DNA of 64,000 nt from Callorhinchus milii (lineage: Eukaryota): contig NW_024704742.1 in the NCBI RefSeq assembly GCF_018977255.1, forward strand, positions 7,194,001 through 7,258,000, in the 5' to 3' direction. Shown in pieces: positions 11,180 to 24,470 of this stretch. Position 1 is the stretch's first letter; every line of letters begins with the position of its first letter. A model generated the notes under the pieces. It ran no database searches, was not told where the DNA came from, and saw only the letters and a list, made by a program, of their open reading frames with translations. The position numbers and the translations under genes were made by a program.

Positions 11180-11410
11180 TTGAGGCCGCAGGTCAGTGCT
11201 GAGTTAGCTGATCTCAGCTAAGGCAGCATTTGAAGTGTTATAATTGACCTCAGTGTCCCTGACTTGGGGTGGTGCATGTGGGCCAATGTCAAATGAGGAT
11301 AGGATCAGACTCAGCTTTAATGTCCCCTGTGGTTGAATAGGCTGCCAACACCAATGTCAAAGTTCACACATGAATAATGGCCGAGGCATCAGAAGGCAAT
11401 GGAGTTGTAC
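11180..11410 (+). mobile_element. Ancient SINE-like repeat, second family (body)
   Basis: gtgctgagttagctgatctcagct...ataattgacctcagtgtccctg...cacacatgaataatggcc. Homologous to the reverse complement of 29540-29770 and 47927-47961. Confidence 0.6.
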
Positions 11411-11934
11411 AGCTGCAAATTTGGTATGAGGTTTATATATGAAAACAAAAGGAGACATAACTTTTGAGGGTGGAGGGAGTGGGTGGAGGACAGGGAGATT
11501 GAAGGAAAACAAAATAAAAAGGGAAAGGAAAAATTCAAATGAAACGCAGAAAACGTCATCACCAAAATATCATTTTCGATCCAATTTGAGGACAAACTAT
11601 GTTGAAATGAAAAATAAGAACAGAAGATTAACTGGGAGGTGGAGGGGCGAGCAGTTCGAAAGGCCTTGCCTGTTGAGTATTTGGAGCAGGGCAGGTCGGT
11701 ACAAGCGAGCAGCTGACCCACTGGTAGGAGTGCAGCGATCCTGGCCAACAGTCCCCCGGATAAAATTGGTCATTCACCCATGGTTTTTTGTGGGATATTA
11801 CTGTGCGCAAATTGGATGCCGTGTTCTCCTGCAGAATACACTTTACATTAAATCCTGATGTCCGCCCAACATGAAAGGTGCTATATCAAATGCAAGTATC
11901 ATTCATTAATTATTGTTATTATTATAAAATACAC

Positions 11935-12288
11935 AATAATAATTCTTGCATTTGATATAGTGCCGTATCATGTCTTTGAGATGTCTCAAAGTGCTTCACA
12001 GAATATACTTTAAAGTGAATTGACTATATATTTTGTGGGCGAAACACGGCAGCCAATTGCACACAGCAGTGTCCCACAAACAGTCGTGGATTGAGTGACC
12101 TAAATTTGTATTACCCCCGGAAAAGCGATCCACTAATCAACTAATAACCGGGTTCCAACTTACTGATAGGTAAACAGAAGCATGTGGAGTAAGGAAACTT
12201 GCCCAACATTTTACCCTGCCTGGGAATCAAACCCAGGTCCTCTGGCTTGCGAGGCGAGTGATCTAACCACTAAGCTGCAGGACTCCAC
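11935..12288 (-). mobile_element. Young SINE, full length, long subfamily
   Basis: Complete tRNA-like head (CGC anticodon), internal segment, Deu core and tail. Confidence 0.92.
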
Positions 12289-13471
12289 ATAATTATTATT
12301 ATTATATAAATGTATTAGATCTTGTCCTATGGATGTCTGGTGGCAGAGAGCAGCAGGATAGAGTGGAACCACTGGTTGCTAGAGCTTTCTGGGAGGTTTG
12401 TCGATACTTGAAGACTTGATTTCTGGTGACACGCTTACAGCCACCTACATACCTGATTCAGATGAGATTGGATTTCACAAGGAGAAAGTTTCGGCCAAAT
12501 ATGCAGCTAAATATAAAACAGTCAGTGCTGGGGCATGGCAAATGCGGAACGGCTCAGCTCTGCCTTGTCAATCTGTCTAACTTGAGGAGAAGGGAAGGAA
12601 AGAGCTCCTTGTAATTCTAACACTTGTTTGCTTTCATTACCAATGCGTCACTTTACCAGTGATGTGAATGCAGAACTAAAGTGTTGCAGTTGATAGACTG
12701 AAGCCAGTTCGGAGCAGAATGCAGAGGTGGTTTATTACCTGCACGTCAGTCCAGGATGCTGACTCATAGCTGATAGAGCCATACTGAGTAACCCTATCTT
12801 TGAAGTGAAGAAGGTCAATGGTTCCCTTGCATTTTATCCCTCTTACATACGGTACATAATTCTAGAGGTGACAGATATACACTCACGTATTTTACCCAGA
12901 CCGCCACAGGGGGAAACTCTGATGCCAAACAAAGAGAGATGTGTCTGGGTCCATAACCAGGTGGACAATACGTCTGCCTCATGTACAACATAAACATCTT
13001 TTCAAAGAGCTTCTTTTAGACTATATAAAAGCCTTTGTTCCCAGAGTCTCCCCCAGCTTGTTCACGTATGCATGTGAACCCCTGAGCAGACAGCAGGACA
13101 TTCCAAAGACACACGAGAAGCAGCAATCTCTGACAGCCTGCTAACATTTATTGTCACTCACAGTACGTCATTAAAATGAATGCTCTAACAGCCCATTTCT
13201 TCCCTCAACCATTACTCTTTCCTGAGGAGATACAAAATTGACCGAAGATCCAGTTGCTATTTCTTACAGGGCCCATTTCAGGTCAACTCTGGCCATGTGC
13301 AATTGATCTCCATACAATCTGTTCATTAAATACACACAGCAGTGATCTCTGGCACAAACAGCTTATCCGCAGTGCCTCGCATGTGAAACAATTCAATATT
13401 GTCCAATTCTTAATTGTATTTTCTTTGGGGCTGGATATTAATTTGTTTCAAATGTGATAAAGTAATATAAT

Positions 13472-13790
13472 GAGTCCTGTAGCTCAGTGGTTAGAGCACT
13501 CGCTTTTCAAGTGAGAGACCTGGGTTTGATTCCAGGCAGGTCAGGGCGAAACCTTGGGCAAGTTTCCTTACTCCACACGCCTGATAATAATCCTTCAAAA
13601 AAAAACAATAATCACTTGGTCATTTCAATCCATGACTGTTTGTGGGACACTGCTGTGCGCAATTGGCTGCCGCATTTCGCCTACAAATATACAGTCAATT
13701 CACTTTACAGTCTATTGTGTGAAGCACTTTGAGACGTCTAGAAGACATGAAAAGCGCTATACCAAATGCAAGAATTATTATTATTATTAT
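13472..13790 (+). mobile_element. Young SINE, full length, intermediate subfamily
   Basis: A box tagctcagtgg, B-box-like ggtttgattcc, internal segment absent, tail gagacgtctagaagacatgaaaagcgc. Confidence 0.92.
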
Positions 13791-14004
13791 TAAAATCTCA
13801 GGATGCTATTTAACAAGAGCAGGGAGTTTCTTCTGATGGCCTGGCCATCAATCTCCCAGATAAAAGGAACATTCACCTCTTGGCTGTTTGCAGAACATTG
13901 CTGTGGTGCAAAAGTCTATGAAGTTGGCCCAAAGGTCATGATGGGAAACATCAACGGTCGCCACTGAAATCTTCGGGTCTATAAAAATAATCCTTATATT
14001 TGGT

Positions 14005-14382
14005 ATAACACCATTCACGTCAGGAGGATGTCCCAAGGCGCTTCACAGCATATACTGTGAAGTGGAGTGACTGTGTATTTTTGTAGGCGAATGTGACAGC
14101 CAAGTGAAATGAATGACCAATTTGGGGGATTGTTGGCCAAGCCAGTGGACAAAACTCCAATCACTTTGTGAGTCGTGCCATGAGATCTTTGAATGGCAGA
14201 CGGGGCTTCGGTTTGACATTTCATCCGAAGGTGAGCACCTCCATCAATGCAGCACACCCCCAGTACTGTACTTGGGATGTCAGCTTAGACTAAATGGGTT
14301 CCAAGCGCAGACTTGGGGCTTGAACCCACAACCTTCCGACTCGGGGGGAAGCGAGAGGTCTTCCAGTTGAGCCAGGCTGACA
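14005..14382 (-). mobile_element. Older full-Deu-domain SINE (SacSINE1/AmnSINE-like)
   Basis: Reverse complement shows the head gtcagcctggctcaactgg...ggttgtgggttcaagcccc, the Deu motif ttcggatgaaatgtcaaaccgaagccccgtctgcc, and an L2-type tail. Confidence 0.8.
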
Positions 14383-14979
14383 TATTAACCATTGGTCTAT
14401 CTAACAATTAAGCTGGTATCAGTTCAGGGAGGAGGGTTCACATCCGCAGCTGGTCTTTAGGAATAAATGGAAAAAGGTGACGATTCGTAAGTAATTATTA
14501 TGAAACATATTATTTTGCACCGCAAATAACTAACCGTTTTTTTTCAAATTATCTTTCTCTCAGAACTCACATTGTCGGTACTTGTTTATAGTGTATCGAA
14601 ATGGCTGGACAGTGCTGGAAACTGCTCCCAGCTGTCTGAGATTCAATTCCTTCGTCAGCTACACCAATTTTAGACAAATTCACCATCAGCAGTTCTCTGT
14701 GTGCTGCATTTAACAGCCCAGAATGAACCCTGGCAGGTTTGGTTCCAGCCTGCACCGAATAGAAAGAAGTCTCAGTAAATGGGCTGATTACAGATAAACA
14801 CATAACAAGGCTTTTGTGATGTGGACATTATTTTGTTCCTGTCTGCACTCAATGTCCACCTGCACACATTTTCTACAGGGAGGGCTGACTGGATAATGAT
14901 CAGCAGTAGGAATCCTGACCGATTTGGTTCTTTTGCTAGCTCGGGATTTTTGAGGCCAAATCACCTTGGCTGACATTAG

Positions 14980-15571
14980 TTCAGCAATAAACAAGACAAA
15001 CAGGATGCTGGGCTCTATTGCTAAATCAATTGGGATCAGATCTGCAGATGTCCCACTGAAGCTGGATAGTTCTCTGGTCAGGCCACACGTAGGGTACTGC
15101 ATACACTTTGGTCATCATTTCCTAGGGGTGCTGCTCAGGCCCTAGAGGCAGTGATCAATAAGATGAGATCCAGTGTTAGAGGAATGAGCTATGACCAACA
15201 ACAATTAAACAAGCTAGGGATCTTCACTCTTGAGAGAAGACATCTTAGATGGGACTTATAGAGATGCATAACATTTTAAATGGGATTGAAAAAGTGAATC
15301 CAGAATACTTTAGGATAAACCAAGACAGTAGTGCAAGTGAACTCTATAGTTGTACAGTTGTGAAGGGAAATTTCAGGACAAACCCCAGGAAGTTTTTCTT
15401 TACCCAGAGGGCAATCAGTGACAGGAACGGGTTGCCAGGAAAGGTGGGTGAAGTTAGGATACTGAACTCACTTAAACAGCAGCTTTATAGGAGTAGGGTA
15501 AGTGTACTGGAAGCATGAGATCAAATGGGCCAAAGGGCCTTCTTCACCTGAACCCATCTTGTGATCTTGTT
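14980..15571 (+). mobile_element. Old CR1 3' fragment with 3'UTR
   Basis: NKTNRMLG, SSLVRPHVGYC, LIEMHNILNGIEKV, FRTNPRKFFFTQRAI. Ends tcttgtgatcttgt. Confidence 0.8.
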
Positions 15572-16544
15572 GCCTAACTCCATGATGACTTGAGATTGAA
15601 CCTAGGGGCTTTCACAGTCTGTTTGGTTCAATTCCACACTTGATAGCACACTTCACCAATTAAGCCACTGTGGAAGCTACCAAAATGGGAATCAATAGAA
15701 TCAATCTATTGAAAAATAAGGGGTAAACAGATCACTCCTGAGGTTTTATCAGAAACTGTACACTCGTAAGAGAAAAAGAAACCTGATAGTACACACTCCT
15801 GCAGACAATCATCATTAGATGACTTAACTCACTATCAGCGATGAGTTTTGCTCTCTGCATGGAGTGGAAGAAAATTAACTTCTTACAATGAATGTACCAG
15901 CATCACAACAAATCATTGCGTGGAAAATTATTCATTAAAAAATGTACAATGCCCTTTGTGAACCAAAAGAAAAGGATTGTGTGTTCATCTGCTCTATTAT
16001 AAGAGACAGGTCGAAATCTGGAAAGATTCCCCATGGAAAGGCTTGAACTTTTCTTTTGAATTTCTATCCAATATAAAGAAATACATTTATAGCAATTGAA
16101 CAGCACAGCAAATAACATTCAATCGGCTCTCACTTCCATCAGAGATTGATGGGAGGAAAATCTCTGTTGACTGTAAACAATATCCAGAGCAACAATTTTA
16201 CATTTATATTGCGCCTTTCACATGAGGATATCTCAATGTGCTTCACACAGCTGACTAAGAGCTAATCAGGGAAGGATAAAAAGATGGTCGAAGAGCGAGG
16301 TGTTTGAGTATTCAGGTCTGAAGGTGATGGAAGACATGAATGAGGGCAGGCTGGTATTTAAGGAATTTTCACTGGTAAGGAGTAAACTCCAAGGGGCAGT
16401 TTTATCCCATTTCCAGAAACATTTAAAAAATATTTCTACAGATGAAGCAATGCTTCATGTATTTGTTTCAAACCTTAGAATGATTAAAATAATATGAAAG
16501 CAGGATGAATATGAAATCCATACTGCCGACAAAATCACAATCAC

Positions 16545-16820
16545 AACAACTTGCAGATATACAATACCCTTCACGTGGGGTAGCGTCTCAGAGTGCTTAA
16601 CAGTCGCGGAGCCTGATGCAGAGCCAGTGGAAGGGAGGAGGTGCCCATAAGCACAGTCGAAGAGGAAGGGTCTTCAGTAGTGATCTAAAAGAGGGGAAGG
16701 AGGGGGCGAGGCAGAGACTGGGAGAGAGGGTTCCAAAGCTTTGGGGCAAAGTGTCTGAAAGCATTACCGCCAACGGTAGGATGGAGGGGACGAGGGACAA
16801 GCAGGAGGCCAGAGCCAGCC
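16545..16820 (-). mobile_element. L2 3' fragment
   Basis: L2 tail plus antisense of PKLWNPLSQ..PSFPSFRSLLKT. Confidence 0.8.
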
Positions 16821-16824
16821 GAGC

Positions 16825-16992
16825 TGGCAAAGCAATCCACCAATTGACTAACAACCGGGTTCCTATTTATTGCTAGGTAAACAGGCGTGTGGAGTAAGTA
16901 AACTTGGCCAACCTTTCGCCCGGCCCGGGAATCAAACCTAGGTCTCTCACTTGCGAGGCAAGTGCTCTACCCACTGAGCTATCGGATTCCAC
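16825..16992 (-). mobile_element. Young SINE 5' half (long subfamily)
   Basis: tRNA-like head in reverse complement (gggaatcaaacctaggtctctcacttgcgaggcaagtgctctaccactgagcta) plus the internal segment. Confidence 0.85.
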
Positions 16993-17069
16993 CTAGGCTC
17001 GGACGTTCAAGTGTTTCAGACTCTGTCATGTTTCAAAGCACATTTTATCCCTGTTCTAATAAGGAGCAG

Positions 17070-17297
17070 AATAATAATAATAATAATAATCCTTGCATTT
17101 GATATAGCGCTTTTCACGTCGGGAGGACGTCCCAAAGCGCTTCACAGAACACACTGTAAAGTGAATTGACTGTATATTTGTGGGCGAACGCGGCAGCCAA
17201 TTGCGCACAGCAATGTCCCACAAACAGTCGTACATTGAAAATGACCCAATTTTTTTTTTATTATTGTTTTTTGGTTTTTTTGGAGGGATTATTATTA
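17070..17297 (-). mobile_element. Young SINE, short subfamily, 3' part
   Basis: Near-identical to 22590-22810, 37558-37881 and 57665-57981. Confidence 0.92.
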
Positions 17298-17714
17298 TCT
17301 TGTTGATACTCGTCAACAAGGTGATGTCTCACCACTGTAATCATAGACAGACTGCAGACATGGTTGGGAAGAGAGACTGCAGACATGGATGTGTTTTGGA
17401 ATAGTGCAATTTAGACCCTGAGTATCAATACGGATAATCTTCATTCGGCAAATTAAAGTTAAATGGTGGAGTTCACGTCTGGAATTCAAGTGTGAAAAAT
17501 GCATCACTCGATGCAGGAATTATTGAATGTCATATTTCTCATCCCCCACGGTTTCAAATTAGTCCCTTTGAATTATGGGTCTGAACAATGTGACATATCG
17601 CAAGTTTTTCAACAGAGTTTGAGAATTATTAAATCTGTATGGCAAAACACTTCATTCATTTAACCCTGCTCTGCCATAAGCCATATCAGGAGGAAAACCA
17701 GGGACCCAGGGCAG

Positions 17715-18315
17715 AAATAAGAGGAGGCCATTCAGCCCTTCGAGCCATTCTATAAGATCGTAGCCAATGTGTAACTCAAGTCCAATTACCTGCCCTTGCC
17801 TCAAATCCCCTAAATCCCTGACTAACAAATATCATAATCCTTGTATTTGTTGTAGCACTTTATCACATCAAAACTTATCTTAAGTATTTTTGCAGGTAAT
17901 TTTTGTTAAATTTAATGACCTTTTTGGTCAGCAAATGTGGCAGCCATTTCATGTACAGCAAGATTCCATGAATAGGTGAATTAAACATTTGGCTGGGGTA
18001 GTGGGGTCGGATTGTTTGAGGTACTTTGAATGAGACATTAAAAAAGGTCCCATCTCCCTGTTCAGGAGGATGTTAAAGATCCCATGGCACCATTCGAAAA
18101 GAGAAGGGAGTTTCTCCCAGTGAGTGTCCAAGCCAACAAACCGCAAATAAATGTGATTATTCACTTTATTGTTGTTCGTCTGACATTGCTGGAAAAAAAT
18201 AGGTTGCTGAGTTTGCCTAGAAATAAACAGCCACTACGTTTTAAAGTAAAATTTTGTCACATGTTTTGAGACATCTCAACGACATAAATATGGCCTATAT
18301 CATATGGAAGGATTA
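17715..18315. mobile_element. Cluster: CR1 3'UTR (-, 17715-17830), old SINE tail (-, 17830-17990), old Deu SINE (+, 17995-18315)
   Basis: gaggaggccattcagcccttcgagcc (CR1 end); ctgttcaggaggatgttaaagatcccatggcaccattcgaaaagagaagggag (Deu). Confidence 0.7.
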
Positions 18316-19269
18316 TTATAATGTTGTCCTGAACTCAGGCAGGCAGGAGCTCAGTTTTAAATTTCATCTGAAGCACCTCTGAGACTAGTGAAAAGTCAGG
18401 GTGCACTGTGACCTCAACACGTGATGTCGATTTGACCTCATCGTCAGATATAGATTCATTACGAGAAAACAGCAACCAAAGCAAACTGAACTGAATTTAT
18501 TGTGCCCTGGTTGCAATGTTTCTGAATGGACCTACAGGGAACTTTGGAAAAGGCATTTGTAAATGCATAAATATTTATCTTGCAGTTGTGGTACTGTCTT
18601 ATTGATTTTTTTGCAAGGAAAAAAACAGTTAGAAAGTGAGATAATAGAAAAACCCAGAAACAAGCATGAGAGAAAAAAAACATATTACCTCTGTGATGAT
18701 ACTTGTCATCGATTCTCAACAAAGTGATAAGGCACTATATCAAATGCAAGGATTATTATTATTATTATTGTGGATGGCTCAGCAACTGGTGAAAGGCAAA
18801 CAATTTGAAAACGGTTCAGTCTGTATAAGAGAAGTAAGTACCATGGAGAAGTGTAATACAACTCACTCCAAATCACAGAGCTGTTGCTTCTTTATTTTGT
18901 CTTTCCCAACTCTCAATAAAATACCACTCTATATCATACACCTCTGTCCCACTCCCAGTGTTCTTTTATACTTCCTCTCTTTGGGCTCCTCGTCAATTGT
19001 CCAATTCATTCTAATTGAGTATTCAACGAGGAGAGAGCGAGGCATTGCTAGTACATGTGGGCTTACCTCACTGCTGTGGACGTTCCCCATGTCAAGACAG
19101 TTAGACTGTAACCATCAGCAAAGGCTCCAGTTGCATTTCCATCATGATTTGCTTTTCCTCATGTGTTGACATGCTGAACATTGATAACAAACTGCTCCTC
19201 ATTTAATCTCGTTTCCTTCTAATAGTTTTCATAAATTGCCTTCGTTTTTTATTGTCTATGCTTTTTAAT

Positions 19270-20125
19270 TAAGGAAAGCCGGGAAACCGTTGGTGAGGTG
19301 ATGTCCTTCCGATGAGCGACATTATAGCAAGGCCCCATTTGCCTGCTCAGCTGGATGTTGTAGAACGATGCTATTCAAAAAGAGAAGGAAGTTTCCCCCT
19401 CTGTCCTGGCCAATAATTCTCCAGGCAAGATTAACCATTTCATCAATGTTAGCAGGTCATCATTGGCTGCTGCCTTTGATTATGAATGCACAGTTATGAA
19501 ATGTGACAGCAATTCCCTATGAAGCGATATATTGGAGATATTTCTATGTTTCCGGCGCTGTATAAAATGCAAAGATTATTCATTTATTGTGTTGCCTGGA
19601 ATAAACTGACGGAAATTACATTGAAGCACATCATTTACTATTGAAATGTGACATAAGTTATGGTGATTCACAGATCACTATGTTTGCAAACCATACTCAT
19701 ATAGTCTAAGGCTAAAACTCTAAGGTAACACTTCAATGTCGTGCTGCGGTGGGGAGTGGGGGTTTGATTTGTTGGAGTTGCCGTTTTTCAGATGAAACAT
19801 TAGACTGAGGTCCCATCTGCCTATTTAGGTGGACGTGAAAGATGCCCTGGCACTACTCAAAAAAGGGAGTGTCCTGGCCAACAATCTCCCAAATAAAATT
19901 TATCATTTGTTTTGTTCGGGTCCTGACCTAACTGTACAGCGCCTTGTGATGTCCTCCCGACGTGAAAGGCGCTCAATAAATGGAATCTTGTTGTTGTTGT
20001 TGTGCTTATTTATGGAACACTGCTGTGCGCAATTGGGCTTCTGCATTCGCCTATAAATAAACAGTCACGCTACTTCCCTCTAAATCCTGAATCGCCCTCC
20101 TGACTGAAAATGCAAAATCCAAAAT
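19270..20125 (+). mobile_element. Two older Deu-domain SINE copies (19270-19585, 19720-20125); the second contains an L2 tail
   Basis: ccttccgatgagcgacattatagcaaggcccc and tttcagatgaaacattagactgaggtcccatctgcctatttaggtggacgtgaaagatgccctggcacta; L2 tail at about 19935-20002. Confidence 0.7.
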
Positions 20126-20804
20126 AAGTTATCTTATTCTCCATTGATGAGGAAATAATACCAATCGTTATGTGATATGAGCTTATAATGGGAAAGTCAT
20201 ATTTAGGGTCTCCCCTACTTTCACTACTATTTTTTTTCCGTCTTTACAAAAACTCATATTGCCTGCCTGCCAAAGTGAATAAATGTACCAACCATATAAC
20301 ATGCATTTTACAACAAGATTGCTTTGGATAAAGAAGGCCCCTTGGCCCATCTGATCTCATTCCTCCAGAAACCCCACTCTATACCTTCCCCCCATCACAA
20401 CATCAAGCTGCTTTTGAAGTGAATCCAGTGTCCTGGCCTTAATCAATTTTCCTGGCAACTTGTTCAAGTCGTTCCTTTAAGGTCAGTCAATTTGCCAACA
20501 ATCAGAAATTCTTTGCAGAGAAAAGAAGACAACTTTTTTTTAAAAAAATGGATAAACTGATTGATCATGATTTAGGGAATCTGTTTTAATTGTATTTTAA
20601 ATTATAATTTAAAATTGTAAATTGTAAATTAATTTAAATTGTAAATTATGAAAGGTAACACTTCAAAGTTCAGATACAGAGCTTTCTTATGGTTACATAA
20701 GTACAATACAGGTTTGATCCTGAGTTCAGCAGATAGTCTATGGAGATGGTGGGGATGGGAGGGTGGGCAAGGGGTTTGTCTGTAGATGTATGCTCCATAA
20801 CTCT

Positions 20805-20968
20805 CAATTCACGACTGTTTGAAGACCGTGGGGCACTGCTGTGCGCAATCAGCTGTTGCGTTTCACCCACAAAATACAGACAATTTACCTTACAGTATAT
20901 TCTGTGAAGGGCTTTGAGACATCTCGAAGACGCTATATCAAATGCAAGAATTATTGTTATTATTAATA
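20805..20968 (+). mobile_element. Young SINE 3' part
   Basis: Deu core and tail. Confidence 0.85.
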
Positions 20969-21187
20969 TTATAACTCCACCTGTGGCTGAAGTGAGCACT
21001 GATCTTCTTTTCCACTGAACAAGCTACAATGAGATTTGCCATCCACTTTTCATGAATCCAACATACCTTAAGCATATCAACATCATCCGTATGGCAATTA
21101 GTATGAAGGGTTGATGGAGCATTCTCGGGACCATTTTAGATCAACGATTGGCCTATCCCCTAAAGAGATCAGGAGAGACACAAAATC

Positions 21188-21237
21188 CCACACACACACA
21201 TACATACATACACACACACACATACAAACATATATAC
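21188..21237. repeat. (CA)n/(CATA)n microsatellite
   Basis: cacacacacacacatacatacatacacacacacacatacaaacatatat. Confidence 0.9.
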
Positions 21238-22589
21238 CTGCACAGATTGAACCCAATTTACTGGAGAGTTCAACTGCACACAAATACATATGAAGTAAGC
21301 ATCACAACAACAACACATTACATTTGCGTAGTGTCTTTCACATTGGGAGAACATCCCAAGGTGCTGAGTTCATGATAACACGTTGAGTTCTAACCTGATT
21401 GTGAGACTTCAGTCTCAGCTGAATCGTGATGACTAAGGTTTGATTCAGCTGGAGCCAAAGCTCAGACTCAAGTGAACGAACCAAGCCAGTCAAAAAAACT
21501 GTAGTCAGGATAGCCGGCTTTTCCCATTCTCTGTATTAAATACAACATGAGAATTTTGACTTGAGGCCCACTCACAGAAACTATTTTAGCTCTATCACTA
21601 AGACAGTGTATTTCAAAAGGATTAAAAATAGCACAGTGAAGGAGATGGATGGGAAGCAGGCGTGGTAATATCAACAGTCCCTGGACAATGGTGAGAACAA
21701 CCTTCATTCCTCCTACTTGCTCTCCCCAGGAGTCTCACTTGCCTACCGCCAAATTTCCATGTTCAAACACAAAGCTCCAAACTCATGTGCACTTTGCCTT
21801 TAGATTCTATTAATGATCTGGCAAAAACTCAGTTAAACTCACATCCAAGGGCCTCACTTTTTAAATTGAGTGAGTTTGATTCAGCTCCTCAGACACTCAG
21901 CAAAGAAGCATCAGGGCAGTGTAAATATGACTATTAAGAGCTCTAAGTGTGAATTTGTGGTTGGTGGCAACCAGGAGATAACAGGGTTAGGCTCCAGGTT
22001 GCTTGAGATTGACTGTTAAATGGAACTATTGACCACACAGTTGAGCTGCGGTATTAATTACAGCATGTTTTATTAGGATGGAAAGATCCTACAATCTAGC
22101 CCGTAAACATGTCTGTTTCCTGAGGTGCACTGTGAAACAAATTTAGAAACTAGTTGTCTTACACAATCCTTCGGAATTCAAGCTAGGTTAGAAATATTGA
22201 TCAAATTGCTGGCTGAGTGGTTTGGGTCTGAAACATCAATAAGAGGGTCGGAGGTTGTGCAGATTGCTGTAAGAATATCCATTGGCACAGTGTCTGCATT
22301 CTGATGCTGGGTAATTTCAGGTTCTGATAGCCTTCAGCGTTCCAGGATTTGGTAGTATGCCTGCAGACAGTAACTAAATGTCAATGTTATAAATGCAGTA
22401 GCTTAAAAATACCTTCCAGCTAATCAGAACATTTAACCTTAAAAAAATGTAGAAACATTTGTTTACACACAGGAGGGGATTTTGTTCCTGGTTTATTAAT
22501 CATTCCAACCAGCCACAGAACAGTCTTCAGTGTGGGCAGAGAAAACATTAAGGACTTCTATCTATGAAGAAAGTCCCAATAATAATAAT

Positions 22590-22810
22590 AACGCCTAATA
22601 ATAATCCCTCCAAAAAACCAAAAACAATAATAAAATTGGTCATTTTCAATCTACGACTGTTTGTGGGACATTGCTGTGCGCAATTGGCTGCCGCATTCGC
22701 CCACAAATATACAGTCAATTCACTTTACAGTGTGTTCTGTGAAGCGCTTTGGGACGTCCTCCCGACGTGAAAAGCGCTATATCAAATGCAAGGATTATTA
22801 TTATTATTAT
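22590..22810 (+). mobile_element. Young SINE, short subfamily, 5'-truncated
   Basis: acgcctaataataatccctcc...gggacgtcctcccgacgtgaaaagcgctatatcaaatgcaagg(att)n. Confidence 0.92.
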
Positions 22811-22909
22811 AACGCTTTCCGCAAACTAAATCACGTGTGCGCGCACTTGTGCCGAATAATTGTGTTCAAGACCTTATTTTGCAAGCTGTATAATGTGTAA
22901 GAAAAACTA

Positions 22910-24133
22910 AGGCCTGAGGTAGTGGCAGAGTCGGGTGATGTTACGGAGGTGAGGGAAGGCAGAGTGGGACATGGCCTGAATATGGAAGCTGGATTGGAGG
23001 GGTTTAAAGAGGGAATGGCGAGAGAGAGAAAGGAGCGGAACTATGGCACGACGACTCATTCCAGGACCTTTGGAGAGAAATGGGAGGTTTGAGATGGGGC
23101 AGTAGCTGGAGAGGAGGGATGGATCCAGGGACGGTTTTTTCAGGATGGGGGTGATGACGGCTGTTTTTAGGGGGTGGGAACTGAACCATTGGACAAGGAG
23201 AGGTTGATGACATCGGACAGGAGAGGGGCCAGAAGGTGGAGTTAGGAGATGAGGAGAGAGGTGGGGATGGGATCGAGGGAGCAGGTGGTGGGTTTGAGTT
23301 TGCAGATAGTCGTGGTTACGGAGGAGGGAGAGATAGGGTCGAAGGAGTATGGGGGGGATGGGTGGGAGGGCGGGTCATGAGGGAGAGGTGATGTGGGGGT
23401 GGCTGTGGACAGGGCAGAGGTGGCTGAATGTGTCCCCTCAATTTTAGATTCGAGGAAGTCCAGCATCTCCTCACAGTTGAAGTTTGAGGAGAGGATGGGC
23501 GAGGTATGGGAAGGTGGACGGAGAAGACGGTTAGTGGTGGAAAAGAGAAGCCTGTGGTTGTCCTTTGTCCCCAAGATAACCTTGGAGTAGAAGGAGGAAT
23601 TGGCGGAGGCAAGAGCGCAGCGGTAGGTCTTGGTGTGGTGAAGCCAAATCTGGCGATGGACCTGGATTTGGTCCAGTTGCGTTCGGCAGCTCGCACTTGT
23701 GCCTTGAGGGAACGGAGATGGCTGGTGTACCAGGGGGATTTACAGGAGTATGAGGCAGTTCGGGAGGTGAGGGGGGCAAGGGAGTCCAGAATGGAGGAGA
23801 GGGAGTTGTGGAGAAAGGAGAGTGAGGAGGGGAGATCGATCAGTGAAGGCCAGAGGTGCAGGAGTTCAGATGACTCCAGTGGAGATGGAGAGGGAGGAAT
23901 TTTTTTTCTATGGATGGTATGTGATGGTGGAGGGTTGGGAAAGGGGTACTGAGGTGTTGAGGGAGATGAAGTGGTGGTCCGAGATGGCTTTATCTACGCT
24001 GGTGATGTCCGAGATGGTGAGGCCCCGGGTGATCACCAGGTCAAGGGGGTGGCCACGGTCGTGGGTGGGGGAGTGGATGAGGAGGGAGAGGTTGAGGGAA
24101 GCGAGGAGGGAGGAGAAGTCAGCAAATGAAGTG
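22910..24133 (-). pseudogene. L2 LINE ORF2 internal fragment (end of APE endonuclease, linker, start of RT), disrupted
   Basis: The minus strand reads SPTHDRGHPLDLVITRGL..DKAISDHHFISL, RAAERNWTKS, LLFSTTNRLL, KPTTCSLDPIPTSLL and PISNLPF, with stops and frameshifts. Confidence 0.85.
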
Positions 24134-24279
24134 GTATAGATGGTGTGTGTCTTTGTACATATAGATTATGTTTGCATAGTAGTAAAGGGATTCTCCAGTG
24201 GTGAATTATAGAACCATCCATTACTTAGCTCGGACTTTGGGCTCATTTAAGAATTGATGCTGTAATAAAAATAAAAAGA

Positions 24280-24470
24280 TAATAAATAATATCCTTGCTT
24301 TTGATATGCAGCCCGATCACGTCTTCGAGACGTCTCAAAGCGCTTCACAGAATATACTGTAAAGTGAATTGACTGTATATTTTGTGGGCGAAACGCGGCA
24401 GTCAATTGCCCACAGCAATGTCCCACAAACAGTCGTAGATTAAGGGACCAAATAGTTATTGTTTTTTTAT
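24280..24470 (-). mobile_element. Young SINE 3' part
   Basis: Tail and Deu core in reverse complement. Confidence 0.88.

Noticed and set aside
12398..12580. Protein-like short ORF (likewise 59911-60135)
   Set aside because: No recognisable family and no convincing flanking splice sites; it cannot be supported without a search.
13554..13793. Recurrent ORF family ending ...[23 protein letters not shown] (also 17056, 22661, 37555, 62688 and others)
   Set aside because: These are translations of the SINE body and tail; the poly-Tyr comes from the (TAT)n microsatellite. It is not a protein family.
18666..19169. 167-aa ORF
   Set aside because: It includes a SINE tail ([12 protein letters not shown]) and has no recognisable homology or convincing splice context.
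21402..21451. Short inverted repeats (tgagac/gtctca; cagctgaatc/gattcagctg)
   Set aside because: Stems of 6-10 bp with no other support are plausible by chance in 64 kb.
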